Positions 24,638 through 33,755 of a DNA stretch of 64,000 nt are shown here, one piece after another. The position numbers were made by a program, and so were the translations under genes. The stretch lies in assembly GCA_023802575.1 (NCBI GenBank), contig GCA_023802575.1_3947.1; one strand, written 5' to 3'. Below the pieces are notes generated by a model. It made no database searches. It was not told the DNA's origin and saw only the letters and a program-made list of their open reading frames with translations. The DNA comes from a phage. Position 1 is the stretch's first letter. Every line of letters begins with the position of its first letter.

Positions 24638-24865
24638 TTATAGTTCAGTTTCTCGTAATTCTTTACCTTCATCATAGAAGCATTTATAGAATGTATCTAT
24701 AGAAATTCTGGCAAAGGTAAGGTCTTCAAAGTATTCTTCTGGAGTTATACCTGTAAAACTAAAACCATCAAGATTGTAAAACGGTATTACTGTGTCATCG
24801 CTCATGAAAACACATGCAGATACGACTTCTCCAGTATCTTTGTCAATTATTTCTAGAGCTTTCAT
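24638..24865 (-). CDS. hypothetical protein (75 aa)
   Basis: six-frame ORF. Confidence 0.45.
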   Translation of the reverse strand: MKALEIIDKDTGEVVSACVFMSDDTVIPFYNLDGFSFTGITPEEYFEDLTFARISIDTFYKCFYDEGKELRETEL

Positions 24866-25166
24866 AGTTTACCTTCTCAGTTAGCTCATATAAATCAACA
24901 TGCTCAATACTGTCAATGTTGATATCAATCTTTTTGAAACGTTCTATCACTTCATTGTCAGTCATCCATATCAGACACCAATGATTCTGGATGGATTCTT
25001 CAAGAAGGTCAACACAATCTTTAAAGGTTTTTGTATCACTTCTTGTTCCTACTACTGCGATTGTTCCATATAGCCACTTACCATTGCCATAAGATACTTG
25101 TGCTACGCCAACTTCTTTACCTTTCTCGTAGTAAACGGCTACAAAGTCTCTTCCGTTAATCTGCAT
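24843..25166 (-). CDS. hypothetical protein (107 aa)
   Basis: six-frame ORF. Confidence 0.5.
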   Translation of the reverse strand: MQINGRDFVAVYYEKGKEVGVAQVSYGNGKWLYGTIAVVGTRSDTKTFKDCVDLLEESIQNHWCLIWMTDNEVIERFKKIDINIDSIEHVDLYELTEKVNYESSRNN

Positions 25167-25168
25167 AG

Positions 25169-25438
25169 TTACTTCCTCGTTTTAAGAACTGCTAAGATTT
25201 CTTTAGAGTCTGGTAAGAACCATGTGTAGTGATTCTCTTTGATTTCTGGATGAGTGTCAACCTTTATTTTGCACTCTTTACCAACATGCTTAAGCTGCGC
25301 TGTGACACCCTGCATAAAGATATGACACATCACATTATCCATAATGGTTGGTATGAAGTCAATTCGCATATAAGTTTCTTTTGGTCGCGGTAACAGTAAG
25401 TAACCTTCTACGTAAAAAGTATCTTCATTCTCTGTCAT
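25169..25438 (-). CDS. hypothetical protein (89 aa)
   Basis: six-frame ORF. Confidence 0.45.
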   Translation of the reverse strand: MTENEDTFYVEGYLLLPRPKETYMRIDFIPTIMDNVMCHIFMQGVTAQLKHVGKECKIKVDTHPEIKENHYTWFLPDSKEILAVLKTRK

Positions 25439-25704
25439 TGCTGTTTATTTCCTAATAAAATCATATCAATAAGGTTATTAGCTTTGATTGTGCACTGGTA
25501 AAATCCATCACGATAGAACTCAAGGGCTGCTGCCACATCACTACCAGTATTACCTTTGATAGTAAATCTTGAATCTTCTTGAGTGTACTTATCACTCTCG
25601 CTCACTTGGGAGTTTTTGAATGTACTGTTCACTTTGTTCGTTGAACACCCTGACATAATTATCAGTAACACAAACATTATAAAACTCTGGCTTAGTTTTT
25701 TCAT
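25435..25704 (-). CDS. lipoprotein, o-spanin-like candidate (89 aa)
   Basis: signal peptide with lipobox-like IMSGC; start lies inside the 3' end of the upstream TM-protein gene (Rz/Rz1-like overlap). Confidence 0.45.
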   Translation of the reverse strand: MKKLSQSFIMFVLLIIMSGCSTNKVNSTFKNSQVSESDKYTQEDSRFTIKGNTGSDVAAALEFYRDGFYQCTIKANNLIDMILLGNKQQ

Positions 25705-25945
25705 ATGTTAGTACCTCTTTTGTATGCTTATTCTTAGCAAGCACATCTTTCAAATCATTTTTGTAATTGGTGCTCAGTGTAACTAACCCTTCCTGATAAG
25801 CGTCTTTAGCAACACTTATCAGCTTCTCATTATTTAGCTCAGTTTCAGCAACTTGGTAGTCTCTGTAAGAGTATCCTCCCCAGACACCTGCCCCAACTAA
25901 GAAAACAATTATGAAAGTAGCTTGACAGAACTCTTTAAATGTCAT
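25592..25945 (-). CDS. N-terminally membrane-anchored protein, i-spanin-like candidate (117 aa)
   Basis: N-terminal TM helix FIIVFLVGAGVWGGY then charged helical region; overlaps lipoprotein gene. Confidence 0.45.
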   Translation of the reverse strand: MTFKEFCQATFIIVFLVGAGVWGGYSYRDYQVAETELNNEKLISVAKDAYQEGLVTLSTNYKNDLKDVLAKNKHTKEVLTYEKTKPEFYNVCVTDNYVRVFNEQSEQYIQKLPSERE

Positions 25946-25963
25946 TTAACAATCTCCTAAAAT

Positions 25964-25985
25964 GAAAAAGGCTCCCGAAGGAGCC
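25964..25985 (-). terminator. intrinsic terminator
   Basis: GGCTCC-TTCG-GGAGCC with minus-sense U-tract. Confidence 0.65.
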
Positions 25986-25997
25986 TGTATCTTAACC

Positions 25998-26477
25998 TTA
26001 ACCGAGGACTTTAGCAAGGATATTCGCAGCCATCGAAGAAGCTTTTGCAGCAGCAACTACGCCAGCTTTGACAGTGCTATCCTTAATAGCAGATACCGTT
26101 GCAGCATCAGTAAAGAGATAAGTGATTGTTTTGGAACCACTTGTAAAGGAAAGCATAAGAGTAGTTTCCAGATTGAAAGAGCGATACGGAGCACCTTCTT
26201 TAACGATACCTTCAGCACCTAACTCTGAAGCCTTACCCATATCATAGATAGTCATCAGGTTTTCTTTGTGTGCAGTCGTTGAACCAACACCTTTTACGTG
26301 CTTCTTAACGTTCAACAATGCACGATATTCACGAATGCTACCGTCAGCTTTTACATTAACAGCACGGAAAATTTTACCTTCAAAGTTACCTTGAATCATT
26401 TTACGAACTACTTCAGATTTGTTTGCCGTATCGTCCAGTGCTACCGTAATGATATTGTTCATAAGTTCTTCTCTCAA
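25998..26477 (-). CDS. hypothetical protein (159 aa)
   Basis: six-frame ORF. Confidence 0.55.
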   Translation of the reverse strand: MREELMNNIITVALDDTANKSEVVRKMIQGNFEGKIFRAVNVKADGSIREYRALLNVKKHVKGVGSTTAHKENLMTIYDMGKASELGAEGIVKEGAPYRSFNLETTLMLSFTSGSKTITYLFTDAATVSAIKDSTVKAGVVAAAKASSMAANILAKVLG

Positions 26478-27169
26478 TGTTTAACTAACATAGTTTTAAT
26501 GTGTGGAAGGATTCTGTTTACCTTCTGAACATTATTCTCTGTATCTTCTATAAAGCATACTATATTAAAGTAAGGAAGAATGCAAGACTGAATCATCCTC
26601 ACTTTCAAACTTTCTGCACTTATAGAGTTAGTTCCAAAACCACGCATAAAAAGCAAGTAATCATGCTCTATATTGTGCCTTAAAAACATCTCAGTAGGTA
26701 TTCTCTGAGATTCACCTCTTGCTGTCAAGAGTCCAACTGCTGCATGATTTGCAATTGCATCAATAATGTTGAAAACATATGTTGGTTTTGCTCTTACAGA
26801 ATCAAGAAGATTAGTGTACTGTGAGAATGACCCATCAGTCAATTCCGTTGAGCAATCTTCGTGATTAAAATTTGTAAGAACGCCATCAATATCTGCTAAG
26901 ATGAGGTTACCTTTTTCTACAAGGTCTTTATTGACTATGACTAAACTATCACGCCTTACACCTATAGTTTGTCCAGTCTCTTTGTCCACAACGCTCACAA
27001 TTGGTTCTGATGTATGGAACTCTTCAAGTGAACATACAACTTCTCTTGCAGTATCTTCAAAATCCCTGCACTGTTCTGGAGTCCATACACAGGAATCAAG
27101 ACCTAACTCATGAGGGTGCAAGTCATAAGCATGGCACAGTACTTCATCAGACTTTCTTAATTTTTTCAT
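26474..27169 (-). CDS. HAD-superfamily phosphatase-like protein (231 aa)
   Basis: motif I-like LADIDGVLT; later GLLTAR; weak call. Confidence 0.4.
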   Translation of the reverse strand: MKKLRKSDEVLCHAYDLHPHELGLDSCVWTPEQCRDFEDTAREVVCSLEEFHTSEPIVSVVDKETGQTIGVRRDSLVIVNKDLVEKGNLILADIDGVLTNFNHEDCSTELTDGSFSQYTNLLDSVRAKPTYVFNIIDAIANHAAVGLLTARGESQRIPTEMFLRHNIEHDYLLFMRGFGTNSISAESLKVRMIQSCILPYFNIVCFIEDTENNVQKVNRILPHIKTMLVKH

Positions 27170-27695
27170 GGTTTACCTTAGAAATGTTTGTTGCAAATTC
27201 ACATTGAGCAATCACTTTCATATTGTTATAGACATCTTGAGAATATTTCTTAGCTTTAGGGATTTTGTACGAATACCCAGCATTATATGATGCTAAAACT
27301 TTTTGTAAAGTCTTCTTTGACTTTGGCTGACCATGCACCTTTGTCCAAAACTCAAGTTCTTTGTGAGTTTCCTTCGCAGCATAATCAAAGTCTCTTAAGA
27401 GTTTCTTTTTAGCCACATTAGGGCTAATTTTGTTACGCTTTACAACAGTCTTCAAGTGATTCTGGAAAATACCATAATCATGTGTCTTTTTATTCTCTAC
27501 CTTCAGACCTAACTCTGACTCTTGTAAGGCTATAGCAGCTAGAGTGATACCCCAACCTTTGCCCATGTTATTCTCACCATACTGGTAAGCTTTTAACATG
27601 TTTACTTTTTGGCTAATTGATAGCTCTGGGCAGTCAACTGCATAAGATAAGTGTGCTGTAAACATTAAGCACAAACCTAGAATCAATTCCTTCAT
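27147..27695 (-). CDS. secreted lytic transglycosylase-like protein (SLT domain) with signal peptide (182 aa)
   Basis: signal peptide; SLT-type motifs QESELG, GIFQ, SYNAGYS. Confidence 0.55.
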   Translation of the reverse strand: MKELILGLCLMFTAHLSYAVDCPELSISQKVNMLKAYQYGENNMGKGWGITLAAIALQESELGLKVENKKTHDYGIFQNHLKTVVKRNKISPNVAKKKLLRDFDYAAKETHKELEFWTKVHGQPKSKKTLQKVLASYNAGYSYKIPKAKKYSQDVYNNMKVIAQCEFATNISKVNHEKIKKV

Positions 27696-27754
27696 TGGTT
27701 CTCCTGTTTAGTTTATCGTGACAACAATTATACAGCACTCTGCACAAAATACAA

Positions 27755-27780
27755 ATAAAAAAGGCCGCCGAAGCAGCCTT
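27755..27780 (-). terminator. intrinsic terminator (bidirectional-looking)
   Basis: AAGGCCGC-CGAA-GCAGCCTT flanked by A/T runs. Confidence 0.6.
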
Positions 27781-27795
27781 TTAAGAAATTACTTA

Positions 27796-28905
27796 TTAGA
27801 TTTCACGTTTACGTTGAGAGATGAGTTCACCAGCAGTGCCAACGATAACATGTAGAGCTTCAGTCTTGCCATCCCATGCTTTCAGAACATTACGCTGGCT
27901 ATCAACGATAGCTGCAACTTCATAACGTGATGAACGCATTTTCATATCATTGTAATCAGTTGGAACAGATACAACATCTCGTGGGTGGACACGAACTTTC
28001 AGGATTGTATCACCTGAGAAGCTACGAACATAATCCCAAGCACCAACATGAAGACCTTGAGAGCAAGTCACGTTACGGTTATTATCAACCATCCAACGTG
28101 GCATCTCTACAATGTTACCCAAATCGTTAGGAACTTTGTAGGTGTGGGAGTCAACCAGCTTACCTTCACGAGTAGAGACTTTCTTCCAACCAATGATGTA
28201 ACCTTCTTCATCAATTTCAACATCAAGGTGAGATACAAATCCCCAAAGTTGTTCTACAGAATCTTTAGATGGGTTTTCCATCAGTTTTTCGAAGAACATT
28301 ACAAGTCGTTCAAAACCTTTATCACCAGTTTTCATCATGTGAAGAATACGGTCAACCAGAGTAGAACGCATCTCAACAGCACCGTAGAATAGCTTGTCGC
28401 CTTTGATTGTGATAGCACCCTGAGTGAAGTTTTCGATAGACTTACGAATGTTCATCAGTTCAAATGCTTTCTTGAACTCACCTTTCACAACATGAACTAC
28501 AATCTCTTGATAGTTCGGATGAGTAGACTCAACAATTTCAGATTCTGAACCATAAGTCATAATTACAGAATCACCAGTAATCATGTACTCAATCTTGTCA
28601 TCTTTCTGCATAGCTTCGTGCAGTTTATTTACTGGAGCTTTCTGTACAGTGTCTTTAACGACCTTTTCAACTGGTTTGCCAGCTTTCTTTTTAAAGGTCT
28701 TAGCAACTTGCTTCAAAGTCTTCGTAGCTGGTGTAGAAGTTGCCTTTTTATTCCCTTTTAGGGTTGCTTCATGACGCTCTACAGCACGACCAACTGAACG
28801 GGTTGAGGTGTTAAATTTCTGTGCAATAGCTGTTTTGGTCAGCTTACCTTCTTTTACCAGTTTGTAAATTTCTGCGTCAATCTGTGCTTTAGTTTTAGTA
28901 GTCAT
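27796..28905 (-). CDS. rIIB: rIIB-like protein (369 aa)
   Basis: immediately downstream and co-oriented with rIIA-like gene; size and position consistent; no motif-level confirmation. Confidence 0.5.
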   Translation of the reverse strand: MTTKTKAQIDAEIYKLVKEGKLTKTAIAQKFNTSTRSVGRAVERHEATLKGNKKATSTPATKTLKQVAKTFKKKAGKPVEKVVKDTVQKAPVNKLHEAMQKDDKIEYMITGDSVIMTYGSESEIVESTHPNYQEIVVHVVKGEFKKAFELMNIRKSIENFTQGAITIKGDKLFYGAVEMRSTLVDRILHMMKTGDKGFERLVMFFEKLMENPSKDSVEQLWGFVSHLDVEIDEEGYIIGWKKVSTREGKLVDSHTYKVPNDLGNIVEMPRWMVDNNRNVTCSQGLHVGAWDYVRSFSGDTILKVRVHPRDVVSVPTDYNDMKMRSSRYEVAAIVDSQRNVLKAWDGKTEALHVIVGTAGELISQRKREI

Positions 28906-28986
28906 CTTATTACTCTCTCTCTCGTTAGTTAATCAATCAATTTGTGAGGCTATTCTAAGGGGCTTTTAAGCCCCTTGTCAAACACT

Positions 28987-31353
28987 TTAATCGTAAATTG
29001 TTGTACCTTCTGGAACACACTTCACATCAAAGCCTAAGAACTTACTCACTTCAATAGGTGACACTTTATTCCAATCTAAATGAGAAAGCAAGAAGTTTTC
29101 TTGTTTTCTTTTTGAAAGGTAGTTTGTCACCTTAATGACCATGCGGTCACCAGCTTTCTTAATTTTCTTGTACAGCTTTGTATCATTGTCAAGGCATTCT
29201 TTCAAAGTTTGCAATCTACTAACAGTGTAAGTGTATGCAAACGGTGCAGCAACGTATTGGATTTTACCGAACATTGCCTCTACAGCCTCTTCATTACCTT
29301 CTAGGAAGATAGTTTTGTTTGTATCCCGTGAATAGCAATAACCACGAGAAATCTTCCTATTATTGAATGTAAAGTTTCTGGCAATAATCCAGCTACTTGT
29401 AAGGTCAAGAACACCATTCATGTAGATGCGTGTCATATACCTGTTATGATTAATCCAATGAACATCAGTTAAGCTGTCGTTCAAGAGCTTCTCATCTACT
29501 TCAATCCAGTCTTCTGGTATCTTTTTCCAATTTGCTTTTCGGAAAACATAAACTGTCTTTCCAATAACATTAGCAACTGACTTAGCTACATCTTCTGGAG
29601 ATGAGCAAAAACATCTACCATCAACTGTGTCACCAACTGCCTTAATATAAAGCTGAGGTTCTTCAATTGTGTCTAAGTCTTCTGACACCTCTTTGTATGA
29701 AGCTACAGATTCTGCTGGAACAGCTTTCCATAGTTTTACAACACCTCTCACAGCCTCTTTACGCTGATAATGATGCTCCTTATCAGACATTTTCACAATC
29801 TTTAACAAGCTTTTATCAAGTTTGTGTAGATTGATTAAATCATCTAACTCTTTTTCAGTCGAGAATACAAACACAATACCATTGTATCTGTGGAACAGGC
29901 CTGACTCGTTAGCGTAGTCTCGACATGCACCACGCAAGATTTGATTTCGTCCTACAGTCTTCTCAGTGCCATTTTTATTGCGACGGTCATTAATCACGAA
30001 CAAAAACTGTTCAATTTGGCTTTTACGCATTGCACCAAAGATATTGAACATACTTGCCTCTTGAGTGTAGGAAAGTGCTGTTGCACGAATCTTACTCTCT
30101 AAAGAGTTGAACTTGACATAAGCAACTGGGTCATAAAGGTAATCTACTTTAGGGATGTTGTTTCCGTTCCTATCAACCTTAATATTACCTTTACCGTCAC
30201 GCTCATAAATGACTGAGCCGTCTTCTGCGTAGATAATCCCGCGACGAATGTTTAGCAACTCTTCTTCCAGAGAATCAAGCTTAACGCCTCCCCACTCTAG
30301 CTTTGGACACACAGCATTAAACATTTCTCGTGAGTTCAAACGCAACTCAGCATAAGCCTGTGCAGCATCCATGAGTGTGGGCTGATTGTTAATCTTTTTG
30401 ATAACATCCTTTGTAATGGCTTCAGTTATCTTTTTAGTAGCCTCAATGATAACATTTTTTGTCGTGTCATTCATCTGCAATGCTTCACGAGAAGCTGCAA
30501 TAGCAACTGAACCAATAGGCATGTAGATGTTTACAAGGTCTACGCTCCTACGGAAAAACTCTGGCAATACTTTGAAGAAATCATCGCCAAGTAATGCTTC
30601 CATATTAACAGGGTAGGCAATGTTACCCATCACCACATTAAACTCTGTCCTGTTATCACTAGAACGCCAGCTGTGCTTATGAATCATGGCATCATAAACA
30701 CCTTCTTCACGGGCAATGACGTTCATATCTGCTAATACATCGTTGTACTCAATATTACTTTCTGGTTTTACAGTGAAGTATGAGTACACATTCCCAGCTT
30801 CTTCAAAGAACTTTGAGATACGGTGGTCAGCAACTGCCACACGTACAGCTAAACCATTAGGTTCTTTTGTTGGGTTAGTTGTCAGCTTAGTTACTTGAGG
30901 GATACCATTCTCAAGATAAACAGAGTACTTATTAACAACACCGTCAACATAACTAGATACTGTGAATGACTGAGCAATTGCAAATGGTGACTTTGAGCCG
31001 ATACCCATTGCACCAATGTAGTCATTAGAGTCGTTCTTCGTAGAAGCTCCATAGTTTAGGTACAGACTCATAACTTTATCATGAGTCAATCCAGTTCCAA
31101 AATCACGAACTTCGAAGTAAGGCTCAAAACGAGTAGGTAAATGCACATGGAATGGGATGTTCTCTTTTCCAGCTTCTTTCTGAGCATCCACTGCGTTACA
31201 TGACAGTTCACGAATCACTGCCCTTTCTTTAAAGGTGTATACACCAGAACTCAAAAGGCTGAACATCTCAGGTGTCATTGTAATCTGTGCTTGAGACGTC
31301 TCTAAAGAAGTTGAACTCTTAATCACTTCTGCGTGGTCATTTACCATGCGCAT
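28987..31353 (-). CDS. rIIA: rIIA-like protein with N-terminal GHKL/HATPase-like domain (788 aa)
   Basis: N-terminal RELSCNAVDAQ...GxGxG (AMGIGSK) resembles histidine-kinase-like ATPase fold found in rIIA; size ~T4 rIIA. Confidence 0.55.
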   Translation of the reverse strand: MRMVNDHAEVIKSSTSLETSQAQITMTPEMFSLLSSGVYTFKERAVIRELSCNAVDAQKEAGKENIPFHVHLPTRFEPYFEVRDFGTGLTHDKVMSLYLNYGASTKNDSNDYIGAMGIGSKSPFAIAQSFTVSSYVDGVVNKYSVYLENGIPQVTKLTTNPTKEPNGLAVRVAVADHRISKFFEEAGNVYSYFTVKPESNIEYNDVLADMNVIAREEGVYDAMIHKHSWRSSDNRTEFNVVMGNIAYPVNMEALLGDDFFKVLPEFFRRSVDLVNIYMPIGSVAIAASREALQMNDTTKNVIIEATKKITEAITKDVIKKINNQPTLMDAAQAYAELRLNSREMFNAVCPKLEWGGVKLDSLEEELLNIRRGIIYAEDGSVIYERDGKGNIKVDRNGNNIPKVDYLYDPVAYVKFNSLESKIRATALSYTQEASMFNIFGAMRKSQIEQFLFVINDRRNKNGTEKTVGRNQILRGACRDYANESGLFHRYNGIVFVFSTEKELDDLINLHKLDKSLLKIVKMSDKEHHYQRKEAVRGVVKLWKAVPAESVASYKEVSEDLDTIEEPQLYIKAVGDTVDGRCFCSSPEDVAKSVANVIGKTVYVFRKANWKKIPEDWIEVDEKLLNDSLTDVHWINHNRYMTRIYMNGVLDLTSSWIIARNFTFNNRKISRGYCYSRDTNKTIFLEGNEEAVEAMFGKIQYVAAPFAYTYTVSRLQTLKECLDNDTKLYKKIKKAGDRMVIKVTNYLSKRKQENFLLSHLDWNKVSPIEVSKFLGFDVKCVPEGTTIYD

Positions 31354-31381
31354 AATACTTTCCTCTTAGTTTACTGTTAAA

Positions 31382-31558
31382 TCACTTATTAAACATTTTA
31401 CCAGAACCGCCACACATAGGGCAACAACCTGCTCTTGTATAACCTTCCCCATTACAGAAGTCACATTTTTTGTGTTCTGCATAGTACTTGCAAAGAAGGT
31501 AAACGAACACTGCTACACTACCAAGTGACAGTAAAATTTCTATCCAATATGCTTGCAT
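31382..31558 (-). CDS. small membrane protein with C-terminal zinc ribbon (58 aa; below ORF-track cutoff)
   Basis: manual translation: N-terminal TM helix then CDFCNGEG...CCPMCGGSG; overlaps end of upstream gene. Confidence 0.3.
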   Translation of the reverse strand: MQAYWIEILLSLGSVAVFVYLLCKYYAEHKKCDFCNGEGYTRAGCCPMCGGSGKMFNK

Positions 31559-31875
31559 GACTCACCTCTCATATTTTTGTAAAGGATAAAGCTTCTGTCA
31601 TGAACGATACTTGTAGATACTGCAAAGTTACTTTCAAGCATCTGTTTGTTTGGATTGTAGAAGCTTTCTTTAAACTCGTCAAGTGCAAACTGGTGATGTT
31701 GTGGAAGACCTTTTACACAAACCTTTATTGTGATTGCTGCTGCAACCTTTCCAGTCAGTTCTTCTTTAGCTGCTACTAAAATTTTGTTGAGGAACTTATG
31801 GCCATCTTCAGGCTTCTTGATGTTCTCCCAACGTTCTTCTAAGATAATGTTGATGTTCATTTCTTTGATTTTCAT
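31540..31875 (-). CDS. hypothetical protein (111 aa)
   Basis: six-frame ORF. Confidence 0.5.
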   Translation of the reverse strand: MKIKEMNINIILEERWENIKKPEDGHKFLNKILVAAKEELTGKVAAAITIKVCVKGLPQHHQFALDEFKESFYNPNKQMLESNFAVSTSIVHDRSFILYKNMRGESCKHIG

Positions 31876-31891
31876 AGTCTTCTCCAGAAAT

Positions 31892-31913
31892 TAAAAAGGC
31901 TCCCGTAGGAGCC
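31892..31913 (-). terminator. intrinsic terminator
   Basis: GGCTCC-CGTA-GGAGCC plus minus-sense U-tract, downstream of NAMPT-like gene. Confidence 0.65.
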
Positions 31914-31928
31914 TCTTATCATATACTT

Positions 31929-33710
31929 TTAAAGCTGCTTGTCAATATTATTTCGAATATCGCCAAGAGTTGTGTAGCCAAACTGCTCAGAGTCACTAAA
32001 GACTAAACGTAAAGCACAAGCTGGATGTTCAAGTGCATCTGCAAAGCTCTGGAATCCATAGCCATCTACAGCTTTCAATTTATCACCATCCCACATAGGC
32101 GCTACACCACCAAAGGCAGACTTCTTCACACCACTATCTGTTTTAGGGTCTTTTGCAAGCATAATCTCCTTACCACCAATGCTTGCAAGAGTTGCTTTGA
32201 CAGCAAATGCAAAGGTGTCACGAGTCATGTACTGGTAAGTGTAAGAGCCTACACCAAACACTACGTTAGAGCTTGCAAAACCCATTTCATACAAACGCTT
32301 CAATATTTCGTTTGCACGTTCCAACGTGATAGAGTCACCATAAATAAGTCCGATGTGCTCATCCAGTACTTTAAAACCTTTGGAGTTGATAGTCCCTCCG
32401 AAGATGTTATACAGGGTCTTAATAGCTCCATCAATCTCTGCTACAGGACGTGTTACAACGTTTGCAGAACCAACCATATAAGCATTCTTCAGCAGTACTG
32501 TATCAGCAACTTCAAAGTCTTCTCGGTCAACAACCATTTCGTAGCCTTCTGACAGTAGCCATCCAGCAATACCATAGTTGATGTTTTCAAGCTTCATGTT
32601 CAGAACAGATTTCAGCATTGTATCACTAGCTTCCAGCTTGCTAAGATGTTCATAATAAGCCTTCTTAGCACATTCTAAGTGGATTGCTTTATAACCTGTG
32701 ACAATATGCACAGGGTCTCCAGAGTCAGGACGAATTACCAGCTTGCCGTCACGTTCCATAATCTCTTTACGGAGTTCTGGCAGTATCACTGATACAGTTC
32801 TCCAGAAGTTATAAGTATCTGAAACAATACTTGCAATACCCGTTGGGTAAGTTTCTGTTAAGAAACGACGGAAGGTTTGTAACTCACCTTTAAAGCGTCT
32901 TTCTTCTTCAATCAATTCGTTACCACCTTCCCAAGCAATGTTTGCACACATTACAGAGTGCTCAGTGGCTGGTACAGAGCTACCAATATCAGAGACTGGG
33001 TAAGACTGTCCGTAGATGCGTTTAGCTGTATATACGGCAGGGAAGCTATCAGTTCCTTTAAAGCTGGTCAAGTGGCCTACAGCATTAAATGCGTCATCAG
33101 TAAAGCCGGACATACCACGCATAGCAAAGTCATGGCACTGATAAGGCAAATGCAAGTCGTTATCACAAGTAAGGTCAGCCCACTTCTTACAGATACGTTT
33201 GTAGTGCAATGCAATAGTTGCAATGGTACAAGCCTTCCAAATCTCAGCAGAGAAAGCATCTTCCAGATAACCTGCTACCCAATGGAAACCTGAAACAGTG
33301 TTCTGGAAAACAATCATTGGGACACGCATAGGGACAACTGTGCCTTCTTCTACAGCGTATACTTCAACTGGTAGATAACCTAAGTCGTGAAGTGCTTCCC
33401 AATGCTCTCGACCGATAGCATCTTTACCAAGAACACCATTCATGACTTCTAAGATTTCGTCAATTGTTTCTTTTTTATCACGTTCAAAGAAAGTGGCATT
33501 CCAGTGGTCTATCAAGTAATCTTTAACAAAACGTTGAATACCAAAAGCCGCTACACCGTCAATTGCTAAAGGGCTGTTAAACCATTTATCACTACGTGGT
33601 GTCAGGTTGAACATCAAGTACTCTGTTGCGCTAGGATACTGGTAAACATGACCAGATTTGTAAGCATCTGCATTTAAACCTGCTGGTACTGCATAAAGTG
33701 ATTTAGTCAT
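31929..33710 (-). CDS. NAMPT-family phosphoribosyltransferase (593 aa): nicotinamide phosphoribosyltransferase NadV or NARP1 nicotinamide ADP-ribose transferase (Namat)
   Basis: N-terminal ADAYKSGHVYQYP matches NAMPT signature DSYK.TH..QYP; co-oriented directly downstream of Prs-like gene. Confidence 0.8.
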   Translation of the reverse strand: MTKSLYAVPAGLNADAYKSGHVYQYPSATEYLMFNLTPRSDKWFNSPLAIDGVAAFGIQRFVKDYLIDHWNATFFERDKKETIDEILEVMNGVLGKDAIGREHWEALHDLGYLPVEVYAVEEGTVVPMRVPMIVFQNTVSGFHWVAGYLEDAFSAEIWKACTIATIALHYKRICKKWADLTCDNDLHLPYQCHDFAMRGMSGFTDDAFNAVGHLTSFKGTDSFPAVYTAKRIYGQSYPVSDIGSSVPATEHSVMCANIAWEGGNELIEEERRFKGELQTFRRFLTETYPTGIASIVSDTYNFWRTVSVILPELRKEIMERDGKLVIRPDSGDPVHIVTGYKAIHLECAKKAYYEHLSKLEASDTMLKSVLNMKLENINYGIAGWLLSEGYEMVVDREDFEVADTVLLKNAYMVGSANVVTRPVAEIDGAIKTLYNIFGGTINSKGFKVLDEHIGLIYGDSITLERANEILKRLYEMGFASSNVVFGVGSYTYQYMTRDTFAFAVKATLASIGGKEIMLAKDPKTDSGVKKSAFGGVAPMWDGDKLKAVDGYGFQSFADALEHPACALRLVFSDSEQFGYTTLGDIRNNIDKQL

Positions 33711-33755
33711 CTTTTAATCTCTCTTAAAATGGGGCTTGGAAGCCCCTATAAAGTT

